Assembly (NCBI RefSeq): GCF_003428155.1
Contig: NZ_QLIR01000014.1
Span: 16,533 to 48,532 of the forward strand
Reading direction: 5' to 3'
Length of the DNA stretch: 32,000 nucleotides
Source: Fastidiosibacter lacustris
GTDB lineage: Bacteria > Pseudomonadota > Gammaproteobacteria > Francisellales > Francisellaceae
Positions 17,541 to 26,462 of this stretch are shown here, piece by piece. Position numbers and translations under genes: made by a program. Each line of letters opens with the position of its first letter. Within the stretch, counting starts at the first letter, position 1. Below the pieces are notes generated by a model. The model ran no database searches, was not told the DNA's origin, and saw nothing but the letters and a program-made list of their open reading frames with translations.

Positions 17541-18674
17541 ATGAAGAGTCAAGCACTAGTTAAAACAGATAATATCGTTTGGGCTAGATTACAAGCTGGG
17601 CTAAGTCGCTTTGAATTAGCAAAGAAATTATCTGTTAAAGAAAACAGAATAGAGGATTGGGAAAAAGGTAAAAGTTTTCCAACATTCAAGCAAGCTCAAA
17701 AACTAGCTGATTCTACTCATATTCCTTTTGGTTACTTGTATTTATCTAACCTACCTAATCAGGATATTAATATTCCCGACCTTCGTACAATGGCGGGGAA
17801 AAAGATTCTGGAACCATCAAGAGAGCTGAAAGATGTAGTAGCTAAAGTAGAGTTGAAACAAGAGTGGTATCGAGATTATTTACTGTCAACAGGAGCACAA
17901 GAGTTAAGCTTTGTAGGCTCATTCAGTGCTAAAGATAGTGTTTTAAGTATTGTGCAAGATATGCGGAAACATATAGGTGTTAAATCTTCAAATGCACTAA
18001 GTTGGGACGGTTATGAGCGTCAGCTAACAAAAAATATTGAATCTATAGGTGTTTTGGTCATGCGTAGTGGTGTAGTTGGCAATAATACGCATAGAGTATT
18101 AGATCCCCAAGAGTTTAGAGGGTTTGCAATAAGCGATAAAATAGCACCTGTTATTTTTATTAACGGAGCAGATGCGGCAACTGCCCGGTTATTTACTTTG
18201 ATTCATGAACTTGCACACATATGGATAGGAAGCAGCGGAGTTTCTAATTTAGAGAATGATTCTTCAGAAGAAGAGAAATTTTGTAACTCTGTGGCAGGGG
18301 AATTTTTAGTTCCTCATCAAGATTTTATAGAACGTTGGAAAGCCAGTCCTAATAATGACGAAAAAATAAAAGAACTCGCTCGATATTATCAAGTAAGTGT
18401 AATGGTTATTATGATAAGAGCGTATCATTGTAAACTAATCGATTGGCAACAGTATTCGGAATATCGTGCTTTGGAAAAGCAGAAAGCTAAATCTAAAGTC
18501 AAAAATACCAATGGAGGTGATTTTTACAAAACCTCCAAAATAAAGAATGGTCTTGTGTTTTCAAGTACTGTCATATCTGAAGCTTTAAGTGGAAGAATGT
18601 TACTAAGAGATGCTGGTAAGCTGTTAGATATCAAACCAGAAAGATTTAAACGCTTTGCGATGGAATTAGAATAA
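17541..18674 (+). CDS. XRE HTH + ImmA/IrrE-type metallopeptidase domain protein
   Basis: N-terminal HTH (LSRFELAKKLSVKENRIEDWEKGKSFPTFKQAQKLAD) and zinc motif LIHELAHIWIG. Confidence 0.93.
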   Translation: MKSQALVKTDNIVWARLQAGLSRFELAKKLSVKENRIEDWEKGKSFPTFKQAQKLADSTHIPFGYLYLSNLPNQDINIPDLRTMAGKKILEPSRELKDVVAKVELKQEWYRDYLLSTGAQELSFVGSFSAKDSVLSIVQDMRKHIGVKSSNALSWDGYERQLTKNIESIGVLVMRSGVVGNNTHRVLDPQEFRGFAISDKIAPVIFINGADAATARLFTLIHELAHIWIGSSGVSNLENDSSEEEKFCNSVAGEFLVPHQDFIERWKASPNNDEKIKELARYYQVSVMVIMIRAYHCKLIDWQQYSEYRALEKQKAKSKVKNTNGGDFYKTSKIKNGLVFSSTVISEALSGRMLLRDAGKLLDIKPERFKRFAMELE

Positions 18675-19174
18675 TGGATTATTTGCTCGACTCAAATACT
18701 TTTATTGAAGCTAAAAACAAGTATTATAGACCAACTATATTTTGTGAATATTGGCGTTGGCTATCCGATTCATACAAAGAGTTTGCGGTTGCAAGCATTG
18801 AGAGTGTTAAGGATGAATTGAAAGAGGGTAATGATTATTTAAGTGAATGGGCGGCAACAAACAATTTTTTCTTTTTGCCAGTAAGTGACATCGAGACACA
18901 GAGTAACTATATTCAAATAATTGATTCTATATACAAATCAGGATATAAGCGAGCGGCATGTGATGATTTTATCGAAGGAGCAGATCCATGGTTAATTGCA
19001 AAAGCAATGACATTAAAAGCTACTGTCGTGACACATGAAAGGCTTAACCTAAACTCAAAGAGAAAAGTTCTTATACCTAATATGTGTAGGGAATTTCAGG
19101 TTAGTTATATAGATACGTACGACCTATTGGAAACCTTGGAAGTAAAATTCTCTGTGGTGAAACGAGACGAATGA
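18674..19174 (+). CDS. DUF4411 PIN-like domain protein, putative toxin
   Basis: MDYLLDSNTFIEAKNKYY...FCEYWRWL...CDDFIEGADPWLIAKAMTLKATVVTHE; overlaps the ImmA-type gene. Confidence 0.9.
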   Translation: MDYLLDSNTFIEAKNKYYRPTIFCEYWRWLSDSYKEFAVASIESVKDELKEGNDYLSEWAATNNFFFLPVSDIETQSNYIQIIDSIYKSGYKRAACDDFIEGADPWLIAKAMTLKATVVTHERLNLNSKRKVLIPNMCREFQVSYIDTYDLLETLEVKFSVVKRDE

Positions 19175-19335
19175 CCTTTACCATCTATCACATTTAAGTG
19201 AAGCTGCCCTTTACATCTTGTCAGCGACAAGAACCATTTCAGGCTTACTGTATGACAGATTAGTCGTACCCACAAGGTAAAACTAAACTATTTTTATGTC
19301 TAAGCGCTTACCTAGAGCGCCTAATGCTTGTTCAA

Positions 19336-19680
19336 TCAGCGATAGCGCAAATTAAACAGTCTGTCTAAATTTGATGGCGCAATCCCTATTTTATTGGCAA
19401 TATCTGTCTTCTTAAGATTTGATGCAAGCCATTCGTTATAAAGATAAACTTTGGCAGCAAGTGCAGCAGGTAATGTAACAAAATCTGTGCCAATATTCTG
19501 AGGCACGGGAATTGGCTTTTTGTCTTCAATGTAGAAATCAAAAGCTGAGATAAGTGCATCAACAGCTTGGGTTTGTAAATCAGTTAAGCTATCAACGGTA
19601 GTAGCAGCCTCGGGCACATCAGGGAAGGTGACTAGGTATTCGCCGTTATCGTCTTTTTGAATATTCATGTTGTATTTCAT
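19336..19680 (-). CDS. HicB-family antitoxin, C-terminus frameshifted
   Basis: MKYNMNIQKDDNGEYLVTFPDVPEAATTVDSLTDLQTQAVDALISAFDFYIEDKKPIPVP...; downstream tail LSLIEQALGALGKRLDIKIV is in another frame (down to 19283). Confidence 0.85.
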   Translation of the reverse strand: MKYNMNIQKDDNGEYLVTFPDVPEAATTVDSLTDLQTQAVDALISAFDFYIEDKKPIPVPQNIGTDFVTLPAALAAKVYLYNEWLASNLKKTDIANKIGIAPSNLDRLFNLRYR

Positions 19681-19693
19681 CACACACCTCGCT

Positions 19694-19780
19694 TTATTTT
19701 AGATTCAAATCTTTTTTAATCTTCGCCACTAAACCTTTACCAATTTCTTTAGCACCATGGTCAGGGAAAACGGGATTCAT
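19694..19780 (-). pseudogene. HicA toxin C-terminal remnant
   Basis: Minus-strand MNPVFPDHGAKEIGKGLVAKIKKDLNLK* directly upstream of hicB resembles the HicA C-terminus. Confidence 0.65.
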
Positions 19781-19797
19781 TTTTTGAACAGCTATGT

Positions 19798-20004
19798 ATT
19801 CCTACTCCAAGGGAATATCACGGGCAAGACATTAAAAGCATTCGATTACGCGAGCACATGAGTCAACCAGTTTTTGCCAGATGCCTAAATGTCAGTACAG
19901 AGGTTTTAAAAAAATGGGAGCAGGGAGTGAGAAAGCCTAGCGGTTCAGCATTAAAGCTATTAAATTTGATTGATAAAAATGGCATCAATATTCTACTGGT
20001 CTAG
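19798..20004 (+). pseudogene. 5'-truncated HigA/NadS-like XRE antitoxin remnant
   Basis: In-frame IPTPREYHGQDIKSIRLREHMSQPVFARCLNVSTEVLKKWEQGVRKPSGSALKLLNLIDKNGINILLV*, with no start before the internal ATG. Confidence 0.75.
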
Positions 20005-20032
20005 TTAATAGGCATCTGAAAAGGTACTTCCA

Positions 20033-20089
20033 GAGGTTTAAAAGCAAGCGGGTGTGATACGCGCAAAAAACACTTTCTCGCTACCAGTA
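20033..20089 (+). repeat. Right copy of the ~57-bp inverted repeat
   Basis: GGTACTTCCAGAGGTTTAAAAGCAAGCGGGTGTGATACGCGCAAAAAACACTTTCT; shares exact AAAGCAAGCGGGTGT and ACGCGCAAAAAA blocks with the left copy. Confidence 0.7.
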
Positions 20090-20405
20090 AAAATACATTT
20101 CGTTTCGTTTTTGACACATATGTAAATGGAAAAAGTGATAAAAAAACGAAATCAATAGCGAAAAAATCATGAAGTAGGTTAAGCCCCAGACTTGGGGAGT
20201 GGCAGAATCCAGTCTTTCCCTTGTTTGTTTACATATTGGTCACACGCCAATAATGGCGGATGGGGAAAAAACAATGTGTTAGGGTATAACATAGCAATGC
20301 GGTGTATGGTACAAATTTGAACCTTGGTCAATTAAACCAGAGGCACATTGAGCTAAGTGTCCCCTGTAATGTCCCCACAGTAAAAGTTGAATTTTTGAAA
20401 GCCTT

Positions 20406-21365
20406 TTATATTAAGGCTTTTGTTACCTCTTTTTGTGTCTCCCCGTCGCAATTCACCATGCCATCTAGTTTTCCTTGTACTTTAAGTTTAAGTAATGCTT
20501 TCCAGCTGTCATCGCTACAGCTTTTGGGTTGCACTTTCGGTATGCACCATGCAGTCCATGTACCTTCATTTTGTGTTTGTAAACACTGGTTATAACCCTC
20601 AACTTGTAAGTAAGCAGGTGGCAGTACCGTTGCTATTTTCATTTGCACATCCTTTTTAATAGTTGAAGTAAGAACATCTTTTTGTGCTAATGTTACATAG
20701 GCACGCATGTTGACTTTTTTAGAGATTTGTATCCCTTTATTGTCTTCATTATTATCGCTTGATTGTTCAATTGCAGCATTATCTGTTCTCATGGACATCA
20801 CTGCTTTATTTGCAAATGGGCTTTCATCTGCATTGTAGTTTATTGAACGGATAAAATAATGACTATTTGTTTTGTTGTTAAATGTATCGACATATTGCTC
20901 AATGGATTGATACATCTCAAGCATCATATTTTCTTTAGCTTGGTTAAGCTGATCTTGTGTTGGATTAAAGCTTATAACGTCAACTTTAAATCGACTGTTA
21001 CTAGAGTTATTACTCTTTAATTCTTTCTGTAAGGTTTTAATTTGTTGATCAGTTAATCTAGCTTGGATTACAAGCTTAATATTTTGAGCACCACTATCGG
21101 CTTGTGATTCTTTTAGATCAATTACTTTCCAGTCAATTTTTGGTAGGATAGATGTAAGTCTCTGAATCGCTGATTGCTGAATAATTGAACTATCATCTTG
21201 CAATGCGGTAGCGTTAACGGTGATATTAACCAAAGCTGTTGTCGAGCTAACGATCATTTCAGACGTTTTAGTAAAGCTAATACTTGATTCAGGTTGTTCA
21301 TTACCACTTGCATTGGCATTTATGCACATCAATATCGTTGTGCTTAATATCATTGCTTTTTTCAT
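20406..21365 (-). CDS. Secreted/periplasmic hypothetical protein
   Basis: Signal peptide MKKAMILSTTILMCINANAS; no recognised domain, distant SIMPL-like appearance only. Confidence 0.7.
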   Translation of the reverse strand: MKKAMILSTTILMCINANASGNEQPESSISFTKTSEMIVSSTTALVNITVNATALQDDSSIIQQSAIQRLTSILPKIDWKVIDLKESQADSGAQNIKLVIQARLTDQQIKTLQKELKSNNSSNSRFKVDVISFNPTQDQLNQAKENMMLEMYQSIEQYVDTFNNKTNSHYFIRSINYNADESPFANKAVMSMRTDNAAIEQSSDNNEDNKGIQISKKVNMRAYVTLAQKDVLTSTIKKDVQMKIATVLPPAYLQVEGYNQCLQTQNEGTWTAWCIPKVQPKSCSDDSWKALLKLKVQGKLDGMVNCDGETQKEVTKALI

Positions 21366-21508
21366 TTTTTTAACACCTTGATTATATTGATGTGCTTATC
21401 TTAACAAATTTTGATTTTTTGCAACCACCTAAATACAGCATTTTCTTGAAAAATCTACTTCCTTCTATCATACTCACAAAACATAAAGCGCGTTAAAAGG
21501 ATTTTTAG

Positions 21509-21751
21509 ATGTTTATTAAGAAAATTAAATTATTTACTCTTGTTGCAACACTTATCGGCGTAAGTGCTTGCACCCATAATGAATTTAATGTACTTCATGC
21601 CCCTGATGTCAACGCTCAACCTAAAACACCAGGATATTACAATCCTAATGAACATAATTATGCTATGCCACAAAATCAGCAACCTATCATTGAAAACCAA
21701 TTTTATTGGAAAGACAATCATGACAAAACAGCTGTAGCACCTGATGAATAA
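21509..21751 (+). CDS. Small lipoprotein
   Basis: Lipobox IGVSAC after a hydrophobic signal; 80 aa. Confidence 0.65.
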   Translation: MFIKKIKLFTLVATLIGVSACTHNEFNVLHAPDVNAQPKTPGYYNPNEHNYAMPQNQQPIIENQFYWKDNHDKTAVAPDE

Positions 21752-21792
21752 GCTATATCAAGTTATTAAAAAGTATAATCATAGACATATGG

Positions 21793-22079
21793 TCATTCCA
21801 ATAAATACCCATATTCCTTAATGATTTCATCAATGGATGCCTATGATCCATATATTTTTCGTTTCTTCAGTACAACAAATCTTGTTGAATTGGATTAAAA
21901 TTTGGCAAGTAATTTGGTAGAAATAATGCCGTATGACTATTACACTCTAAAGTAGCTTGTATCTCTTTCTTTTTATGAAATGAGGCATTACCCATAATAA
22001 CCATTGAACCCGGTTTAAGCTTTTTTATCAAATTCTCATCTAACCACTGATTAAACGATTGACTATGGGTTTTGAGCAT
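21793..22079 (-). pseudogene. IS630-family transposase fragment, frameshifted
   Basis: GSMVIMGNASFHKKKEIQATLECNSHTALFLPNYLPNFNPIQ is the IS630 DDE C-terminal motif; a further SIDEIIKEYGYLLE* tail is in another frame ending at 21793. Confidence 0.82.
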
Positions 22080-22132
22080 TTTAGGATGCTATAATGAAGG
22101 TGAAGGAATCGTACTGGAAAGAGGGATTGTCT

Positions 22133-23356
22133 ATGCAACAAAATAATAAAGTCACACTCACTATATTCTACACTTATGTTGCGCTATTAAGCTCAACTGA
22201 TTTGATGCTGTTAACGGGAATGATTTGGTTTTCGTTAAAAGTGACAGGTAGTCCCATGTTGATTGGTATCTTGTTAAGCGTTTCGGTATTTTTACCATTT
22301 CTTGCTAAGAAATTTATATACCGCCAAAAACGTGATAAAACCCTGAAAAATATGGCCGTACAAAGAATATTAATCTATGCCATTATCATGTTATCGTCAT
22401 TAGTATTTTCACAACATGATCTTTTAAATTTAATGATGTGGGGGATATTGTTAGGTCTGTCTAGTTTTATTACGAATTCAACGCTTGAGAAACATAATAC
22501 GATAATAGCCATGTCAGGAAAACTTAAATATGAAATAGCAGCAAGACTTATGCAAACTATGGTGCAAATAGGAGCGTGTTTAGGAGCATTTTTAGGTGGA
22601 ATTTTAATTTATTATTTGAACATTTTGTCGTTTGCACAAGTGATTAGCATCATTTCACTTTTGGCAACAATAAGTCTGTTGATTCTTTGGAAAGGAGAAC
22701 ATGAGCAGCTTCAAGCCTCAGAACACGAAAATAATGAGTCTAACGCTCTAAGCTCAACGGGACAATTTAGTAAATATACTGTGATGTCTTTAGTTGTGCT
22801 ATCAGTAGGTGTGGGAATGATTGGTTTTCAGATTAGTTCATTTAATATCCTGATGCCTGTTGTATTTCAAAAAGTTTATATTTGGAATGCCGTCTATTTA
22901 GGAATAGCTTCTGCAGTAGCAGGTGTAGGATCCTTTTGTGCATCATTAGTTAGAAATCATAGTAAAATCGTTATTATATTTGCAATTATTTTGGCTGTCT
23001 GTGATTGGATTGCAGGATTGGCAGGCACTTTAGCTATTGTCATGGTTGCATGTTTTTTCATAGGATTTTCAATGAACTATTGCCGCATAGCCTTACGACA
23101 AGAACTGATGAAACTTCCAACAAACTCATCTGAGGCAGAAAAGATTGCTTCTTTTTCGACTGCAACATATATGTGTTTTCAAGGTGTATCACCGATTCTT
23201 GTTGCATTGATACTTTCTGCATTAAATGCCAATGACATCATTGCTTCTTATTTATTTGGTGTGATTGGTATTGTGGTCATGCTTGTAATTATATTATCTG
23301 TTTCATCCAAAACATTACTATTGGAATTGTATAATGAAGGAGCTAAAAATGCGTAA
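22133..23356 (+). CDS. MFS-type multi-TM transporter
   Basis: Multiple hydrophobic helices with MFS-like central loop; AAAGAGGG precedes ATG 22133 (track start 22094). Confidence 0.8.
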   Translation: MQQNNKVTLTIFYTYVALLSSTDLMLLTGMIWFSLKVTGSPMLIGILLSVSVFLPFLAKKFIYRQKRDKTLKNMAVQRILIYAIIMLSSLVFSQHDLLNLMMWGILLGLSSFITNSTLEKHNTIIAMSGKLKYEIAARLMQTMVQIGACLGAFLGGILIYYLNILSFAQVISIISLLATISLLILWKGEHEQLQASEHENNESNALSSTGQFSKYTVMSLVVLSVGVGMIGFQISSFNILMPVVFQKVYIWNAVYLGIASAVAGVGSFCASLVRNHSKIVIIFAIILAVCDWIAGLAGTLAIVMVACFFIGFSMNYCRIALRQELMKLPTNSSEAEKIASFSTATYMCFQGVSPILVALILSALNANDIIASYLFGVIGIVVMLVIILSVSSKTLLLELYNEGAKNA

Positions 23357-24587
23357 TAACAATATTTTAATAGTAGATCCATTTTCGACGGGTGCGTTGT
23401 ATGCAGATGCATTCACTGCACAAGGCTACGATGTATATTGTTTAATTTCCAATGAACAAGTACCAGCATATCTTATAGGTACACTAGACAAGGCAAAATA
23501 TAAGCACTTATTCTACAGTTATGAGGAATGCGTTCGTTTTTTCAGCCAGCATGGTTTATATATTGCAGTTGCGGGTGGTGAAACGGGTGTTTATTTTGCC
23601 GACAAACTCAATTCATTATTCAAAATTAATGCCAATCAAGCTTCAAGCTCATCCATTAGAAGAGATAAATACTTGATGCAAATAGCATTGAAAGAAAATG
23701 ATCTACGCCATATATGCTCCTACGAAATCCTGTCTCAAGATCAAGATCTCACTAAGTTTTTAAAATACAGTTCAATTAACAGTATAAATAGATGGATAAT
23801 CAAACCACTTAACTCAGCTGGTTCAGATGGAGTGATTTCGTTTGATAGCGTTGAACATATCTATGCTTATTTGGCACAATATAATTGGCAGCGGGACACC
23901 GCTATTGGAGAGAAGTGTCGAGGGTTGGTATTACAAGAATTTATTGCAGGGGATGAATATGTGGTGGATTTGGTCAAAAGTGAGAGTAAGTATTTCATCG
24001 CATCGCTTTGCAAATATACTAAAGTGGGAGAAACAGGTCTAGTCTATCACTGCTTGGATATAATTGACCCATCGGATACGAAATATAATGATTTAGTACA
24101 ATATGCCATTGAATGTGCTAATGCACTAGAGTTAGTAAAAGGTCCTATGCATATGGAGTTTATGAAAGATGATAAAGGATTTGTTATGATCGAAGCAGGT
24201 GCAAGATTGCACGGGGGTGTCGCACCTAGCTTTTTTAAATCATGCTATGAACCGCATTTGCTTGCATATGCCGTTGACAGTTTTTTAGGCAAAATGTTTG
24301 ATTGTACTTATGCGACTAAACTACGTGAAGGAAGAATCGTTTTTTTACATGTTGATAGCGATGGGATTATGCCAATGTTTGAGGCGCAATATCTACCTAA
24401 ATTCGAAAGCTTAACAAGTTATCAAGGGCATAAATGGTTTGTTCCAGAAGGAAAGCCTATTCCCAAAACAAAGAGCTTATTTGACTGCCCTGGTATTATT
24501 TGGCTTGCGCATAAAGATATTAATATCGTTAATGAGGATGAAAAAACAATACGAGATATGTTTTGTTTTAACAGTGTGACCATATAA
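23349..24587 (+). CDS. ATP-grasp domain protein (carboxylate-amine ligase-like)
   Basis: DKYLMQIALKENDLRHI, RWIIKPLNSAGSDGVISF, LQEFIAGDEYVVDLV, HMEFMKDDKGFVMIEAGARLHGG; ATG 23349 has a GAAGGAGC site. Confidence 0.88.
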   Translation: MRNNNILIVDPFSTGALYADAFTAQGYDVYCLISNEQVPAYLIGTLDKAKYKHLFYSYEECVRFFSQHGLYIAVAGGETGVYFADKLNSLFKINANQASSSSIRRDKYLMQIALKENDLRHICSYEILSQDQDLTKFLKYSSINSINRWIIKPLNSAGSDGVISFDSVEHIYAYLAQYNWQRDTAIGEKCRGLVLQEFIAGDEYVVDLVKSESKYFIASLCKYTKVGETGLVYHCLDIIDPSDTKYNDLVQYAIECANALELVKGPMHMEFMKDDKGFVMIEAGARLHGGVAPSFFKSCYEPHLLAYAVDSFLGKMFDCTYATKLREGRIVFLHVDSDGIMPMFEAQYLPKFESLTSYQGHKWFVPEGKPIPKTKSLFDCPGIIWLAHKDINIVNEDEKTIRDMFCFNSVTI

Positions 24588-24848
24588 GTTAACTAGAGTT
24601 AGAAAATAATTGTTATGATAGTATTACAAAAATGGGAGAGAACACTTTCAAATCGGTATTTTAAGTAATATGTTGACACCATTTGCTACAGGTCTAGTAA
24701 AGACTCACAGACTTATTAAAATAAAGTGGGAAGCTACCCCTATTAAATAAATAAGATTGCTGATGTTATTACCATTTCAGAAAGGAAAAATTAGTTTAAT
24801 TACGCTATAATACGTAACATGATTTTTTATCACTAGCACAGGCAAAAG

Positions 24849-26453
24849 ATGGAAGTTAAGTGTAGTGCATTCCCATATCCAAAAGAAAATGGTGGTGTTT
24901 TATTAATTGCTCTTATTGTCGTTGCTGTTGTGTCTATCCTGTCAGGTTCTATCCTTTATATGATTAAAATTAATGTAGTGCAAAATCGCGCAATTGAGAA
25001 CGATCATAATGTCAGAAATACAGCATATTTATCTTTGAAATTTTCGTTAGCAACGAATGATTATCTATATACCAATATCCCTCCTGCAACTATTATTAGT
25101 AACTATAGCGCGGGTAATACAGAAGCCACTGTAACGAATACTGCTAAAAGCATTATCCCAGATAGCTTTGCCTTAAATAACGCCTCAGCTATGTTACAAT
25201 ATGATGTTAAGATGGACGTTACAACTCAAGCACAACATCAAGTAAGCTACCAAGCAATTGTTAACGCACCTAGCGAATATAGACAGATAAATGACTTAGT
25301 TCCTCAAGTAATACAAAATGTTAATATTCCCGTTGTAAACTTGACACAATTAAATAACAGGCAGAAAAATGCTAGTAATTCGATAAGTGTTGGTCCAGCA
25401 GGCTATATTGGAGCACTAACCGTTGATAATTCAGGTAGTGTACTAGGTGTTGGTAAAGAAGTTGTTTATTTTCCTTTTCCAACTACCACACCCGCAAGTT
25501 TTGCTTTGAAATTTCCTAACGACAATTCTTATCAATTAGAACAAGGTTGGCGTTTGGAAGATGGAGAATGTTATTGGAGTTTACTTATTTATGATGTAAG
25601 CGCAACGAATGTATGGCAAACTGAGATTACTTTATCTAGCTTAAAAAACCTTGCTACAGTCGATACATTTTCAACTTTACAATGGCATGAGATTATAAGT
25701 CAGTGGGATTTAGCGCCAGCAGAATATAATTTTCTTTTACAATATCCTAAAGGTAGTTATGTAACATTTGATGAGCAAATTTTTGTTTCCCTTCAGCCTA
25801 TCAATACAGGAGTTAATGAGAATCCTTATAATAATCCAAATGATTGGCGGTTAGTGATTCCTGGAAATACTTATCCACAATGGAATACCAATGTGAATTA
25901 TTATAAAGGGGATATTGTTACTTATAGTGGAATTAGATATGTAGCAACTAGTGATAATAATGTCAATCAAACGCCCCCTCCTAGTAACCGTTGGGAAGTG
26001 GCACAATTTAATGCAACTCCGTGGCAAGAACAAGTATACGATCCAGGTGAGTTTGTTACTTATAGTGGGTTTACCTTTGTTAATGTTCAAAAAAGCGGTA
26101 AAAATAGAAATCCACTTGATCAACCTGCTCGTTGGCGAATTGTAATTCAGAATAATAATCCATTGCCTTACAATGAAAATATATTTTATACCAAGGGTTT
26201 ACGTATCAGTTATGATAATCAAGTTTTTGTGAATCTTAACTCTACTAGTAACAATCCTTATCAGAACAATCAAAATTGGTGGCGCATTTTTATTCCTGAA
26301 AATACAGCGTCCTCTTATAACAGTAATGTACGTTACTATAAAGGTGATACGATTATATTCATGGGGACAATATATTTTGCTGATATCAATTATAATAGCT
26401 CTATTAATCCTGGTGATCCTCCCCCAGGTAACGGTTGGACAAGTTTGCCTTAA
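24849..26453 (+). CDS. PilX-like/pseudopilin-like N-terminus followed by about five tandem CBM5/12-like modules
   Basis: N-terminal KENGGVLLIALIVVAVVSILSGSILYMIKINVVQNRAIENDHNVRNTAY; repeats such as WNTNVNYYKGDIVTYSGIRYVATSDNNVNQTPPPSNRWEV in residues ~292-534. Confidence 0.8.
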   Translation: MEVKCSAFPYPKENGGVLLIALIVVAVVSILSGSILYMIKINVVQNRAIENDHNVRNTAYLSLKFSLATNDYLYTNIPPATIISNYSAGNTEATVTNTAKSIIPDSFALNNASAMLQYDVKMDVTTQAQHQVSYQAIVNAPSEYRQINDLVPQVIQNVNIPVVNLTQLNNRQKNASNSISVGPAGYIGALTVDNSGSVLGVGKEVVYFPFPTTTPASFALKFPNDNSYQLEQGWRLEDGECYWSLLIYDVSATNVWQTEITLSSLKNLATVDTFSTLQWHEIISQWDLAPAEYNFLLQYPKGSYVTFDEQIFVSLQPINTGVNENPYNNPNDWRLVIPGNTYPQWNTNVNYYKGDIVTYSGIRYVATSDNNVNQTPPPSNRWEVAQFNATPWQEQVYDPGEFVTYSGFTFVNVQKSGKNRNPLDQPARWRIVIQNNNPLPYNENIFYTKGLRISYDNQVFVNLNSTSNNPYQNNQNWWRIFIPENTASSYNSNVRYYKGDTIIFMGTIYFADINYNSSINPGDPPPGNGWTSLP

Positions 26454-26462
26454 GGAAGTTTT

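Larger units (their letters stand above)
7948..20447 (+). mobile_element. P4-satellite-like / integrative genomic island at tRNA-Leu(TAG), boundaries proposed
   Basis: tRNA-adjacent P4-type integrase, AlpA-like regulator, Ash/Icd-like region, TOPRIM primase-like protein, RepA-like ATPase and TA cargo. The 11-bp GTCTCCCCGTC of the tRNA 3' part recurs at 20437-20447 and a 19-bp TGTCCCC doublet lies inside each end. Confidence 0.7.
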
